42,855 nucleotides of DNA from Spirogloea muscicola (Eukaryota): positions 1,452,116 to 1,494,970 of the forward strand of contig WELB01000003.1 of the NCBI GenBank assembly GCA_009602725.1, written 5' to 3'. This document shows, piece after piece, positions 1 to 10,373 of this stretch. The stretch's first letter is position 1, and each line of letters opens with the position of its first letter. The position numbers were made by a program, and so were the translations under genes. Under the pieces are notes generated by a model. It saw only the letters and a program-made list of their open reading frames with translations. It ran no database searches and was not told the DNA's origin.

Positions 1-222
1 AGGGGACATACTTCCAGGAGCATAGCCTCTCCGACCTGCGCCTGCTTAGCAGGGGTTACTGAGTGGTTAGTAGCTGCTTTGTTTTTTCTTGTGTGCTTGT
101 CATTTCTGCTGCTTCGCCTTAGGGCTTCGCCTGGCTTCCCCCCCCCTCTTCTTGTACTCTGTTCATTCGTTTTTGGGCTGGCTGTTCCAGCCCATATTCT
201 CAATGGGCGAGCCCTTCTTCTT
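1..222 (+). mobile_element. 3' end of an RLE-type (CRE-like) non-LTR retrotransposon, cut by the window edge
   Basis: Frame 3 reads GTYFQEHSLSDLRLLSRGY* (TGA 60-62), the same C-terminus as copies at 7.9-9.7 kb and 33.4 kb. It is followed by a T-rich UTR, the hairpin GGGCTGG-ctgtt-CCAGCCC (175-193) and ATGGGCGAGC plus a TTC-rich end. Confidence 0.75.
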
Positions 223-508
223 TGAAACGAATGGGAGGCTGATGTCAAGGCAGGTAACGCTGTTTAGGCGCAGCCGTCGCTCCCCAATGGCAGGGCGCTC
301 CCGATGGCTTCACTTATTTGACGTTAGTATATCTCACGTTAGTAACCACTTGGGAGTGCCACTTTTTAGTGGTCGCAAGAACTCGTTCGAAAGACTAGCC
401 CAGTAGAGGGGCGATGGCTCCAGTTGGCCGGCCCAGACGAAAGTATGAACATGGGAAAACGGAGGCACGCCGACGAAGGAAGGTGGCAGGCAACTCACGT
501 GAGGTCTC

Positions 509-1760
509 ATGCCGCTGGCCGCGGCGCGCGGCGCGGCGGCGGCGGCGGCGGCGGGCAGGGTGGAGGGCCGCTGGCAGGCGGAGGCGGGCCGCGGCAGCCA
601 CGCGCACGCCGGCGCCGTCTACTACTCGCTGTTGCCCCCCTCAGGCGAGCACCCACAAAGCCCACGCCGCCGCCCGCCTTCGCCTGCAGGCTGACGGCGG
701 GCAAGGCAGGCAGCGCACTGCCTAAACCCTTACACTAAATATTGGATAAATAAATACATGTACTCCAAACCCCAGAACCTTCTGGTGCCATGGCTGGTGC
801 ACGGCGCAACCATTGCCGCAGTTGCGGCGGCGCCTTCGCCTTGTGCCGTCTGACGTTTGGCCCCGCAACGGTCGCCGCCGCCGCCGGTGGTGCTGCCAGG
901 CCGGCGCGTCGAGGGACGCGGTGATGTTCGCCGGCGACGACGCCGAGGGCCTGGGCGAGCCCGCCGCAGACCGCCTGTCGCAGCCCTCCGCCGCTCTGGC
1001 CGCTCTGGCGGCTGCGCTGGCCGCTCGACCCACCGACGCCTGGCTCGTCCACCCCGCCCGCTACGACGGCCCCTTCGCCTGCTACGACCAGTTCCTCCCG
1101 CGCCGCAGTCATCCGCTCGGCTTCGCCACCACGGGCTCGCCTGCCATGCGCCAGCTCTGCGCCGTGCTCCAGCAAGCCCGCCGCAATGCCGCTGCGTCCT
1201 TGAGCAGTGCCGCTGCTGCTCCAAAGCCAGTGTTGCCACGGGACACAGTGCTGGTAGGCCATAGCAAGGGTGCTGTCGTCCTCAATCAGCTCCTCGTCGA
1301 GCTCGCTGAGTGGGCCTGCCCGGCGGCCGGCGCCCGACCACCAACGAGCGCTGCAGCAGAACAGTGCCAAGCACCAGAGTCCACGAGCATGTCCACCGCC
1401 GACGATGGCCTGGAGATCTTCGTGCGGAGCATCACTGCTGTCCACTTCGTCGATGCGGGCCTCAACTGCCCAGGCGTTTACCTCACTGACACTAGCATTG
1501 TGCAGCGCATTGCCAGAGCGGCGCCGCCACCGGTGTGTCCGCTCATTGTGGGCCTCCATGGCACGCCCCGGCAGTGGGAGGACCCCATGCGGCCCTGGAT
1601 CGCCGCCGAGAAGGACTTGTTTGTGCAGGCCCTCCGGGACACCGGCCATGTGGAGGTCCACGAGAGACTATACTTTGCCGACAAGCCCCCCAGCCTGCGC
1701 ATGCACTTTGAGATCTTGCATGACATGAAATTGGACACCCATGACAGCGGCAAGCACTGA
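509..1760 (+). CDS. C2orf69/UPF0565-family protein. Main exon ~900-1760; first exon (ATG 509) and its splice junction unresolved
   Basis: Motifs AVMFAGD, GPFACYDQF, LVGHSKGAVVLNQL, VHFVDAGLN, LHGTPRQW, WIAAEKD and YFADKPPSLRMHFEIL match the plant homologues as I recall them. The 5' coordinate is tentative. Confidence 0.8.
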
Positions 1761-2346
1761 CCCTGACCGAGCGGCCCACTGCAATGTGATGAGAAGTCAG
1801 ATCTAACGTCAGAACGACCTCCTGCTGCACCACGGGGAGTTTCATCCCTCATTCAGGTCCACCTCCAAAGCTAGGCCAGAACTGCCCTCTATAATCTTCA
1901 CCTGGGGGCAGTGATGCACCCAAGTGCAAACCTGCAAATTGGAGCTTAACAGAGCACGGTGAGCTCTTGCCATAGGCATGTCAGCACATCCACTCTGTGG
2001 CACGCGGCCAGCTCTGCAGCAGGGGCAGGCGGACTGGAGGCTTGAAGCATCACCGTTACCTAACATAGAATTGAGGATTGTTCAGTCCTATCTCAGAGAA
2101 GGCCCCACCAACAACTGAGACCAGCCTGCCGTCACCGTGCCCAGTGCACTGCATTCTCGTTTGACAGCTTCAGGATCTTTTGTTGCCTAATAACGAGGGT
2201 TGCAGAGTGGCATTGTGACCCTGGTAACGAAGTCAAGTGGCCGCTGTAGCGGCTGCAACAGGCGACATCAGCCTGAGAGTTGCAGGCTGAGAGCAGCAGT
2301 GCTGGTGGGGACAGCCAAGTAGCCACCCGCACAGGACTGCGACTGG

Positions 2347-5300
2347 TCACAAGTCTGCACGGCCCCGCTTCTCAGGTGGCGTTGCTCTCACAAACTCCTC
2401 ATCCTCATAATCCTCGTCATCATCTGGGTCTGGATCGGCCCACACACTAAGGTTGCGCCCAGGGGGCAGTTGTGGGCTGCCTAGGGCCTGACCTGTTCAA
2501 TTGTCACATAAGGCACAGCCATCTGTGTGAGGTGGGAACTGCACGAGACATCTGAGCTACCAACACATGATCAACGATGATAACGAGCTGGTCGGATCGG
2601 ATTCTGGAGTCCCGCGGCTCCTTGCTCAAATGCAAGAACCTACCTTCATCAAAGTCAAGTACTCTTGTATCTATTTGAAGGGAATGGTCTTGCCCTCGTT
2701 CTGCTCCTCCCTCTGATGGCCGGTTGTGAAGGCCCTCCTCTGAGCCTGTGCCTCTCCTGTTTGCACCAAGGCAAACGGCGGATTGACCACCTGTTAGCAC
2801 CACCTTTGTTCCATTCTAACAATGATGGCTTCAGCCTTTGATCTTCACCACGTGCTTCTGGCCAGACCTACTAAAACCTGTGGACTTGCTGCTACTGAGC
2901 TGATCCAAGGCCTACTTGTCATCCTTGGAGGTGACCGATGCAGAATGGGATCATTGCTCAGACTTGATAGAAACACCCAAGTAAGGTCTACAGAATAGGA
3001 GCAAGCATATCATGTTAGAATCGGATAGAGAATTTGCCAGTCACCTGGAGCTTCCCGCTGCTGGACCCAGCCGTTCAGAAGGATCTTGATTATGTTGGGC
3101 CTCTGCTCGATGAATCTCTTTGCTTGCATCTCCACTGTCAGCTAGCCTGGACCTCACCTTCGTGCTACCTGGTTGCTGGGCACTTCCTGGTGGTGGTAAC
3201 CACGCCGGCCCTATCACCACTCAGTGCTAGCAGTGGAGCACCCATAGAAGAGAGGATGCATGAAGGCCATCACAATTCGCAATATCACGCCAGCTCTGGA
3301 ACTGCTGCTCATGACACAATGGAGGTGTGGAATGTAGTGACCTCACCAGACAAAGTCGACCAGACTTGCGTCCTGTCAATGCTCTGTTGACCAGACTGGC
3401 CTCTGCTTAGTTGTACATCAGGTCCACCTCTCCGTTGCGTCTGACTCTGCTGAAGTGGACCCCCTGGCACTTGAGCTGAGGCACCAGGCATCTCTCTAGT
3501 GGATGTAGGACCATCACCACGACCACTGCCTTCAACTTCTTGTGGAGGCTCAGCACTCTGACTTGTGTCTAGCTGTGACTCCAATACCGTTGCTAAGATG
3601 AGAGTCGCCTCAAAATCTGCTTGCTCTGGGTTACTTGGACATGGAGAGAACAGCACGGGACTGCAAGGAGGCAGACACACAATCACTAGCTCAGGAGTGC
3701 TGTAGGACAGCTGTAAAGACAGCAAAGAGAGCTCGAGCAGGTATCTGATCCCTTCGTGGAGAAGGCATTGAAATTTGAAAACTACTGCTCATCATGGTCA
3801 ATGCTAGTCGGAGCAAAATGGAGAAAGTGCTCAAGAAATTGAGGAAGTCAATTGCAAGTGAATCTGCTCTATGTCAGGTGTGAAGCTCACAGATCACAAG
3901 ATGGTGAAGACAAGCAGTGCATATCTGACACTTTATTGAGCTGGACAATTAGGACTGCTCCAATTCATGATGAAATGATTTAGACATTCTCTCCTTGAAG
4001 CTAGACTGTCAAAGCAGCTCACCTTCCAGCCTTATCGAAGTACATGTACATGTCGGTGTCAGTAGCTTCGCAGAATGCCAAAAATGCCTGCACCAGTCGC
4101 AAAACAAGGGTGCAAGAACATGGGGTCATAGGATAATATGTCAGGCCCGTCACACACACGAAAAAGAGGGGAGGAAATAGTGGCAAGAGTTGCAGTGCCC
4201 AACAACTCTGTGATATACAGAAGGGCATCAGATAACGTACCTTAAGTTCTTTGACACTGAAAGTAACATCTACAGCAGCTCCTATATGCTTGTAACCCTG
4301 CAGCTCTTCAGAGGGGTCGATCCAAAGTTGAGTATGAAGGTTGTCCTCCTCACTTAGCACTGCATCCGGATCACATACGCAATGATGGGACAGCAACACA
4401 GAAGCTTCAAATGAGTGCAGACTAGCACTTATGCTCTTAGAAAAAGAAGACAAGCAAGCAGGTCCTGAATCGAGCGGTTGGGCAAGAAGATCATCAAGAA
4501 TACAATGACCTACTGGGCAACTTCAGAAGTTGACATGCAAAGCACTACTCAGCTTAAGCAGCAAGGTGTGCCAGTAACTTGTTAGTGACTTTCTTCTACT
4601 CCTACTGGCCTGGAACACTAACATTGATCTGCATACCTCTGGCAGAGTCAACAAAGCTTCTCAGCTCAATGGCTTTGGTCTCAGAGTAACTTTCAGTACT
4701 GCAGTTGGTTGCAGAAGCAGGCTCTGTGGCAATGAGCGTGACCTCCGGCAAGGTGCTCTGGAAGTTTCCAAGGAGCCTATTGAAGTCCTTAGGCTTGATA
4801 ACCATGTAACTGGGGAGGAGCCTGTGATCAACTGATGCAGTCAGCATCTCCACGCCCTGATTGCATGTGACCCAGTAAGTCTTCTTGACACCTGCAACAA
4901 AGTATCAAACATGGATTTGTGGAAGTCAATATGCTGTGCTGGTGCTCAATCTCCTCTCTTAAACAGAGACGTATACTTAGACAGAGACTGGGAGTTGTAG
5001 CGCTGCCTTCATGAAGGCCTTCAATAAAACAGACAGGAGCTCCATCTGTGCAACTTCTGATTATAGACAAAGTAGGAAGTACACTGCTAGCAGCGAGTAT
5101 GCTTTGACTTTCTTGCCAGGAGATGTGGCAAGGAGTAGGCTGTCTGAGACCGTTGAGGCAGGCAATGGTCCAAGTCATCTTAGAAGCTTCCGAGTCCTCC
5201 AAAGCAATCGTTAGGCTCTCTATGCTTGGAGCTGGTGTGCGGAATGCGGCGGCAACATTCTGCACAAGACAAGGAGGTCATTCAGAGAGCACGCAACATT

Positions 5301-5896
5301 GTGGCCGAGCTCGGTAAAGTAATACAGTTGCAAGCTGCTACTAAGAGCTAACAGAATTGATGCATTCACAACAGTAAAGGAGTGCCTCCAGGCTAGAGCA
5401 GGCAACGTGCTTCTGACCTTGGCGAGGATGCTGCACGCTACTGTGGGCACAGAAAGCTGGAAGCTGTCGAAGAAGCTCTGAGTGAAGGTGAAGGCAGCAA
5501 AGGCTGACTTTGCCAAGTTCAACGTCCGAAGGACAAGCTGATTTCGTACGACAAGCAGACAATCCGCAGGGAGATGCCGCTTCGCCAATAAGTCACAGCG
5601 GCTGTATGTAAAATATCACTAAAATTCGCAGCGGCTCTTGCAGATGCATAGGGGACTGATTCCTGCCTTCCAGCGTGCTATGACTAGCAGAATGCCTCTG
5701 TTAGGCAGACGCACGGGTGATCGAGGCTGGCGACGACGAGCATCGCTTGCGCAGGGCATGGCGCGTCCGTGGAACGATGGGAGAGCACCTTTCCCGGCGC
5801 GCCCTCGATGAGGAGCTCGTTGTTGCCGACTTTGGAGACGCAGGCCACGGCGCGCTGCAGCGTGCGGACGGACGCCCCGCGCAGGACGCACTGCAT
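2347..5896 (-). CDS. RAD9: Cell-cycle checkpoint protein RAD9 (9-1-1 clamp), multi-exon
   Basis: Exons read MQCVLRGASVRTLQRAVACVSKVGNNELLIE, LVLRTLNLAKSAFAAFTF, VKKTYWVTC, PKDFNRLLGNFQSTLPEVTLIATE, LHTQLWIDPSEE, VDVTFSVKELK/AFLAFCE and DFEATLILATVLESQL. A disordered tail ends DEDYEDEEFVRATPPEKRGRADL*. Tail exon structure at 2500-2970 is not fully resolved. Confidence 0.92.
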
Positions 5897-5992
5897 GGCG
5901 GCGACGGCGGCGGCGGCGGCCTCCCTCGCTCGTTTGCGCGGCTGCAGGCGAAGCTCAGCAAGCAGGGCAGGGGAAGTCTGTCCCGCCTTGCG

Positions 5993-6000
5993 GCGCCAAT
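5993..6000 (-). promoter_or_regulatory. Candidate E2F site upstream of RAD9
   Basis: ATTGGCGC on the minus strand fits WTTSSCSS and lies ~100 bp upstream of the RAD9 ATG. The motif is short and could occur by chance in GC-rich DNA. Confidence 0.3.
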
Positions 6001-6134
6001 GAGGCTACACCAAGAGTCAAAGCTTCTGACAAGTGAGGAAGTGCTGACATCTGCCTACAAAAGCAGGACAAAGTGATCAACACTTGGCGTCTATTTCGGC
6101 CCCTTTCAGACCTTGTCCACTCCTCGGGGCTGGA

Positions 6135-6494
6135 GGCTGCCAGTCCGCCACGCTCTCGCGCCAGCTCCCCACCCCGCCGCTGCGCGCCCGCGTGGCTCGG
6201 CTGCGTGCTGGCCCAGGCCAGCCAACGCCACGCCATGGCGAGGAAGCCAGTCGCATGCCTTCTCTTGTTCACTGTCCTGGTGGCCACGACCCATGCCCAT
6301 GCGGGCTGCCGCTAGAGCCGGTACCAGAGGCAGCCCACATGGTCGTGGCCGCCAGGACAGTGAACAAGAGGAGGCATGCGACTGGCGTCCTCGCCTTGGT
6401 GTGGCATTGGCTGGCCTGGCTCCGCAGCGGCGAGGTAGGGGGCATGGAGAGCTGGCGCAAGAGCGTGGCCTGCGGGTGTAGCGGACTGGCAGCC
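6135..6494. repeat. Long imperfect inverted repeat (arms ~6135-6310 and ~6329-6494, 18 nt loop)
   Basis: CCAGTCGCATGCCTTCTCTTGTTCACTGTCCTGGTGGCCACGACC pairs with GGTCGTGGCCGCCAGGACAGTGAACAAGAGGAGGCATGCGACTGG. Both strands translate to PVACLLLFTVL. Confidence 0.92.
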
Positions 6495-7460
6495 GTTGCA
6501 GCCGCCAGCGGCGCCTTGTCCACTCGTTCTGGGCCGGCTTTGTCACAGGCCTCGGCCCCTTCGGAAAGAGCAAGCGCGGCCAGATTGACTGGTGGCTGGG
6601 AAGAGCTCACATCTGGTGCGGAGTGGCCGGCACCGGGGCGCCGCTCCTGGGAGGACGGTGCGGCGTTGAATGACACGGCCGAGGTCCCAGGAGAACCATA
6701 TCACGATGCGGGGCCGGGGGAACGACGATGGTGGCGGGCGAGTAGGGGGTTGGCGCCTCGGGAAAGGCGAAATGTGTGTTGAGTGATGGAGGGCCAAGCC
6801 TAAGTGGCCAAGTATGAAGGCAAGCACCCACCGGCTCTGTCTTCTGTGACCGTGACCTCAATGGCGTCGTAGACAGCCCGTGAGCACCTTCTGCTTGTAG
6901 CTCTTACTACTGAATATCGCCATTGCTGCCTGTGAGTCTGTTCCTCTAGCTTAGACACGGCTGGCACAGCAGAAAACTTGCCTGTGGACAATCACTAGCC
7001 AGGGCTGCTCACTCACACACTGAGCAGCCGGCCGCCAGGGGGTTTCAAGTGCATCCTCGGTCCTTGTGTTGACTACGCTTTGCATATAGGTGGCCGCAGA
7101 CTGACTGACTCTACCACGGGTATCTTTCTAGGCCCGACACCCACGCGCATGAAGCCGTGGTGCAGCTTTTCTGCTCCTACGGGACGCTACCACCGCAGGT
7201 AAGAACTTTGAGCTGTATCTTAAGCGACAGCAACGGCGATCTTAGGCATGGTTGTGCAGCTGCTTGTGCTCCGGGCTGACTTCGACTTGTGCGTATGATG
7301 TGCGCGTGAAGGTGGTGGCAACAAGACACGGCACGATTCGAGACAAGCAGAACTGGCCTCTGACTAAGTGGGCTATCAGGTCGTCAAAAACAAGCTTCCG
7401 TCCAGCAACTGGCTATTACAATATTACCGTGCACGCAATGGGCACTGTCGATCTGTAGCA
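6235..7460 (+). pseudogene. Probable decayed gene for a secreted protein
   Basis: Signal-peptide-like MARKPVACLLLFTVLVATTHAHAG is interrupted by the inverted duplication. Downstream fragments include TGSVFCDRDLNGVVDS ending at GTGAGC and the exon-like PDTHAHEAVVQLFCSYGTLPPQ|GTAAGA. There is no continuous frame. Confidence 0.35.
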
Positions 7461-8982
7461 CCAGACTCCTGATCATGCTCGTCCTTGCGGGGAGCTCCCT
7501 GTCCACCTACAGTCAAACTGCCACAACAAATGCTGCTGGCCTGACCGTACTATTGGGCAAGCACAGGTAGGAAATATCGTCTGCAGATTAGAATATCTAT
7601 ATGCATCCATCGTGTCTTCATTTTTCAGTTGCTGCCACAGAGCGATAGCAGGCGGTGGGTTTAGCTAATACTCTAAATTGCCAGTGCATCATGACAACGC
7701 ACAAGTTGAGCGGTATTGAGCAGTCATAGCTGCTCGGACAGCCTTCCATCTGCTAGCGTGCCAAAATCATCAAGCCCTCTGACACGTTACAATGTATGCT
7801 ATCCCCCTACTTTGGTACTGGGGCCCGTGCGTTCGTGGTCAAGGGCCTGTCCAAGTCGTCGTAGAGCTATTGCCACAGCCCAAAAGCCCCAAAGGGGACC
7901 CGCTACTGGCCAGGGGACCCGCTACTCGGAGAATAGTTACTCCGACCTGCGGCTGCTCAACAGGGATTACTGATTGTTTCGTACTTCCTTGGTTCCCTGT
8001 GCTTTTAGCGCTTTCTCTGGCCCCTTCGGACTTTGTTAATTTTTTAACCTGGGCTGGCCTTTCACAGTGGCTCGACGTACTAGCCAGGCTTGCGTGGCAC
8101 GCTGTGTCCCGCAGGCGAGGTGAGCAGGCTGACTTCAAAGCCGCTCGTTAGCTCAGGTCTACCGCATGCGCCTTTCTAGCCTTTCTTTTTCGGCACCTTT
8201 TGGCTCTATGGGTCTTGTCCATTCTTTTTGGGCTGGCCTTCCCAGCCACACTTCTATGGGCGAGCAATTTTCTTTCTTTTCTTTTCTGGTATCCTCCAGC
8301 GGTCCATGGCCCACGCCTTGCATCTGCGTGCTGGCCGTGCTCTCGCAGCAGCCCCTAGCTTTCTTTCGTCAGGGGGATTGCTTTCCTGCAGCTAGTCTTT
8401 CGGGTTTGCGGCTCCTCACTCGTGGTTATTGCATCTGGGTCTAGGCGGAATGCCTCTTTCTTAGCTGCGAGTTACTCGGACTTGCTGCTGCTCACTCGTA
8501 AGTACTAAGCTTCCCTCTGCGACATCTCGTTTCTAGCTTTGTAGTTTTTCCATTCGGCACCTGCTTTGGTCTTAGGATTTCCGTCCATTCTTTTTGGGCT
8601 GGCGTTAGCCTTCTCTATGAAGAAAGCGCTTCCAGATTAACAGCAGTGGCTGTGAGAAGCCAGCCCAAAAGAATGGACAAGGTCTGAAAGTCCAGATGGG
8701 GCAAGAAACAAGATACTAAGCCGCCTTTACCTTCTCTGTGGGCGAGCAGAAGTGGCTCTCCCAATGGGGGCAAGGGCTGTGAAAAGCCAGCCCGAAAAGA
8801 ATTGACAAAAGGTCCGAATTGGCCAAATGACGGAGGGGCCTAAAAGTGCTAAGCAGCTACGAAGGGGCTGAAGATGCTATGTCAGAACGGGGGAAATTGG
8901 ACCACTCAGTAGTTACGAGTGAGGAGCCTCAAATCCGACAGACTAGCTGCCGGAAAACTATCCCCCTGACGGAGGCCCACGA

Positions 8983-9172
8983 GCCTTGGTTGATGTGGTG
9001 GCGACGGAGGCATACAAGGGTTCCGGTTCGACACACATTGCTGGTCACGCAGTAAGAGGTGCTGAGCTGAGAAAGCTCCGACACTACTCTGACTACCCCC
9101 GCAGCGACCACCTCCTACCGGCGGCAATCGACACTTTCGGCTGCATTGGCCCTCGCTTCTACACCTTCACTT
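8983..9172 (+). mobile_element. Internal RLE-domain fragment of a divergent subfamily
   Basis: LVDVVATEAYKGSGSTHIAGHAVRGAELRKLRHYSDYPRSDHLLPAAIDTFGCIGP contains the DV...K..Y...P.A.DTFG pattern of PD-(D/E)xK retrotransposon endonucleases. Confidence 0.75.
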
Positions 9173-9686
9173 GAAGAAGTGGCACTCCAAATGGGGGCAA
9201 GGGCTGTGATACGCCAGCCCAAAAGGAATTGACCAGGGTTCGGAGGGGCCGACAAGCGTATAGCAGCTACAGAGGGCCTGAAGATGTCATGTCAGCACAG
9301 GGGGAGGATGGATCACTCCAGTAGTTACGAGTGAGGAGCCGCAGATCCGACAGACTAGCTGCTGGAAAATTATTCCCCTGCCGAAAGCCAGAGGCTGCAG
9401 CGAGAGCACGGCCAGCACGCAGATGTAGAGCATGGGCCATGGACCGCTGGAGGGACACTGACAATCTCATCCGGTATACCTGAGCCCACGAGCCAGCTGT
9501 GTTGAAGTCAGCCGGCTCGCCGCGCCTGCGGGACACAGCACGCCGCGCAAGCCGGGCCAGCAGGTCGAGCCACTGGGACCCGAGAGCCCCGTGCACGTCC
9601 ACCGCCAAGGGGACAAACTCATCTGCAGGCTGGTGGTCGGAGTGCTTGGCCGCCTTGCTGCGAGCGGCCTTCGCCGCAGCATGGCC
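9173..9686 (-). mobile_element. Longest copy: C-terminal half of the RLE domain plus 3' UTR, 5'-truncated at ~9686
   Basis: GHAAAKAARSKAAKHSDHQPADEFVPLAVDVHGALGSQWLDLLARLARRAVSRRRGE...YRMRLSVSLQRSMAHAL matches the FVPLAVE.xG...RLSVxLQRxNA signature of CRE-clade RLEs. The normal stop reads TGG in this copy. Confidence 0.85.
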
Positions 9687-10373
9687 TTACTGGAGGATAT
9701 TGCAAGTTTGGGATATGCTCGACGTGAGGATATGCTTCCAGCTCAGATGGGCATGCCGGCAGCCTACTTGTCAGTTTTGCGTCGCCGAGTGTCAGCTTGT
9801 CTGCAGCGAGCTCAGGCTCATGCGTTGCATTGCTTAGCAGCAGGTGACGTACATTTGTCAATGTGCTTGCCTTCGTGTACTTGCCCACACATGGCCTCCC
9901 CAAGTCTTTTTAGAAGAAGTGCTCGCCCATTTTTGGCCCCTTTCGACCTTTTGTGAATCTTTTTCGGAGCGCAAGGGCCACCGTCGCCCGTCTGCTCGAG
10001 GCAACGCCGACCGAGATCGCCGCACATTGAGCATAATCGACTCTGTAATGTCATCAGTTCCTCCTCACAATGCTCAGCTCGCAATCTGGTCACCAATGGT
10101 GTAGTGGCAGCCGCTTGCCACCGTCTTGACAACTCCCGCGCAATGCTTCAGTGCCGCAACGACTGAGGGCTCGCCACGTGGGGTGCTCCTCGGCGGCTCT
10201 GAGTCCGGCCTCAACCTCTCTCCCCGCGCGGAGCTTGTCCCGTTACCGGGCCCCTCGCCCGGTGCCTCATTCCCCCCTCTCCCCCCGCCCGGTGTTCTGC
10301 TGGAAGTCGCATCGCCGCTCGAGGCCGCCATTGCCGCCGCCGCCGCCGCCGCCGCCGNCGGCGGGCCGCCGCC

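Larger units (their letters stand above)
7890..9686. mobile_element. Mosaic array of about ten fragments of RLE-type (CRE-like) non-LTR retrotransposons in both orientations
   Basis: Approximate pieces: + 7890-8066, + 8064-8178, + 8179-8290, + 8291-8430, + 8440-8620, - 8621-8718, + 8719-8747, - 8748-8982, + 8983-9172, - 9173-9686. The peptide S[LY]SDLxLLxRxY* and the UTR motif TTTTGGGCTGGC recur. Confidence 0.85.

Noticed and set aside
735..1661. 308 aa minus-strand ORF and other long antisense ORFs (e.g. 35427-36179, 33912-34649)
   Set aside because: These are shadow frames of GC-rich coding sequence on the opposite strand, with no recognisable motifs.
8748..9172. Twin-priming 5' inversion of a single element
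   Set aside because: The topology fits. However, the inverted RLE piece is very divergent from the 9173-9686 copy while the adjoining 3' end is close to it, so the two parts probably come from different subfamilies.
7890..9686. CRISPR-like or regular repeat-spacer array
   Set aside because: Units are irregular in length and orientation and translate to a retrotransposon endonuclease C-terminus. The context is eukaryotic and there are no cas genes.
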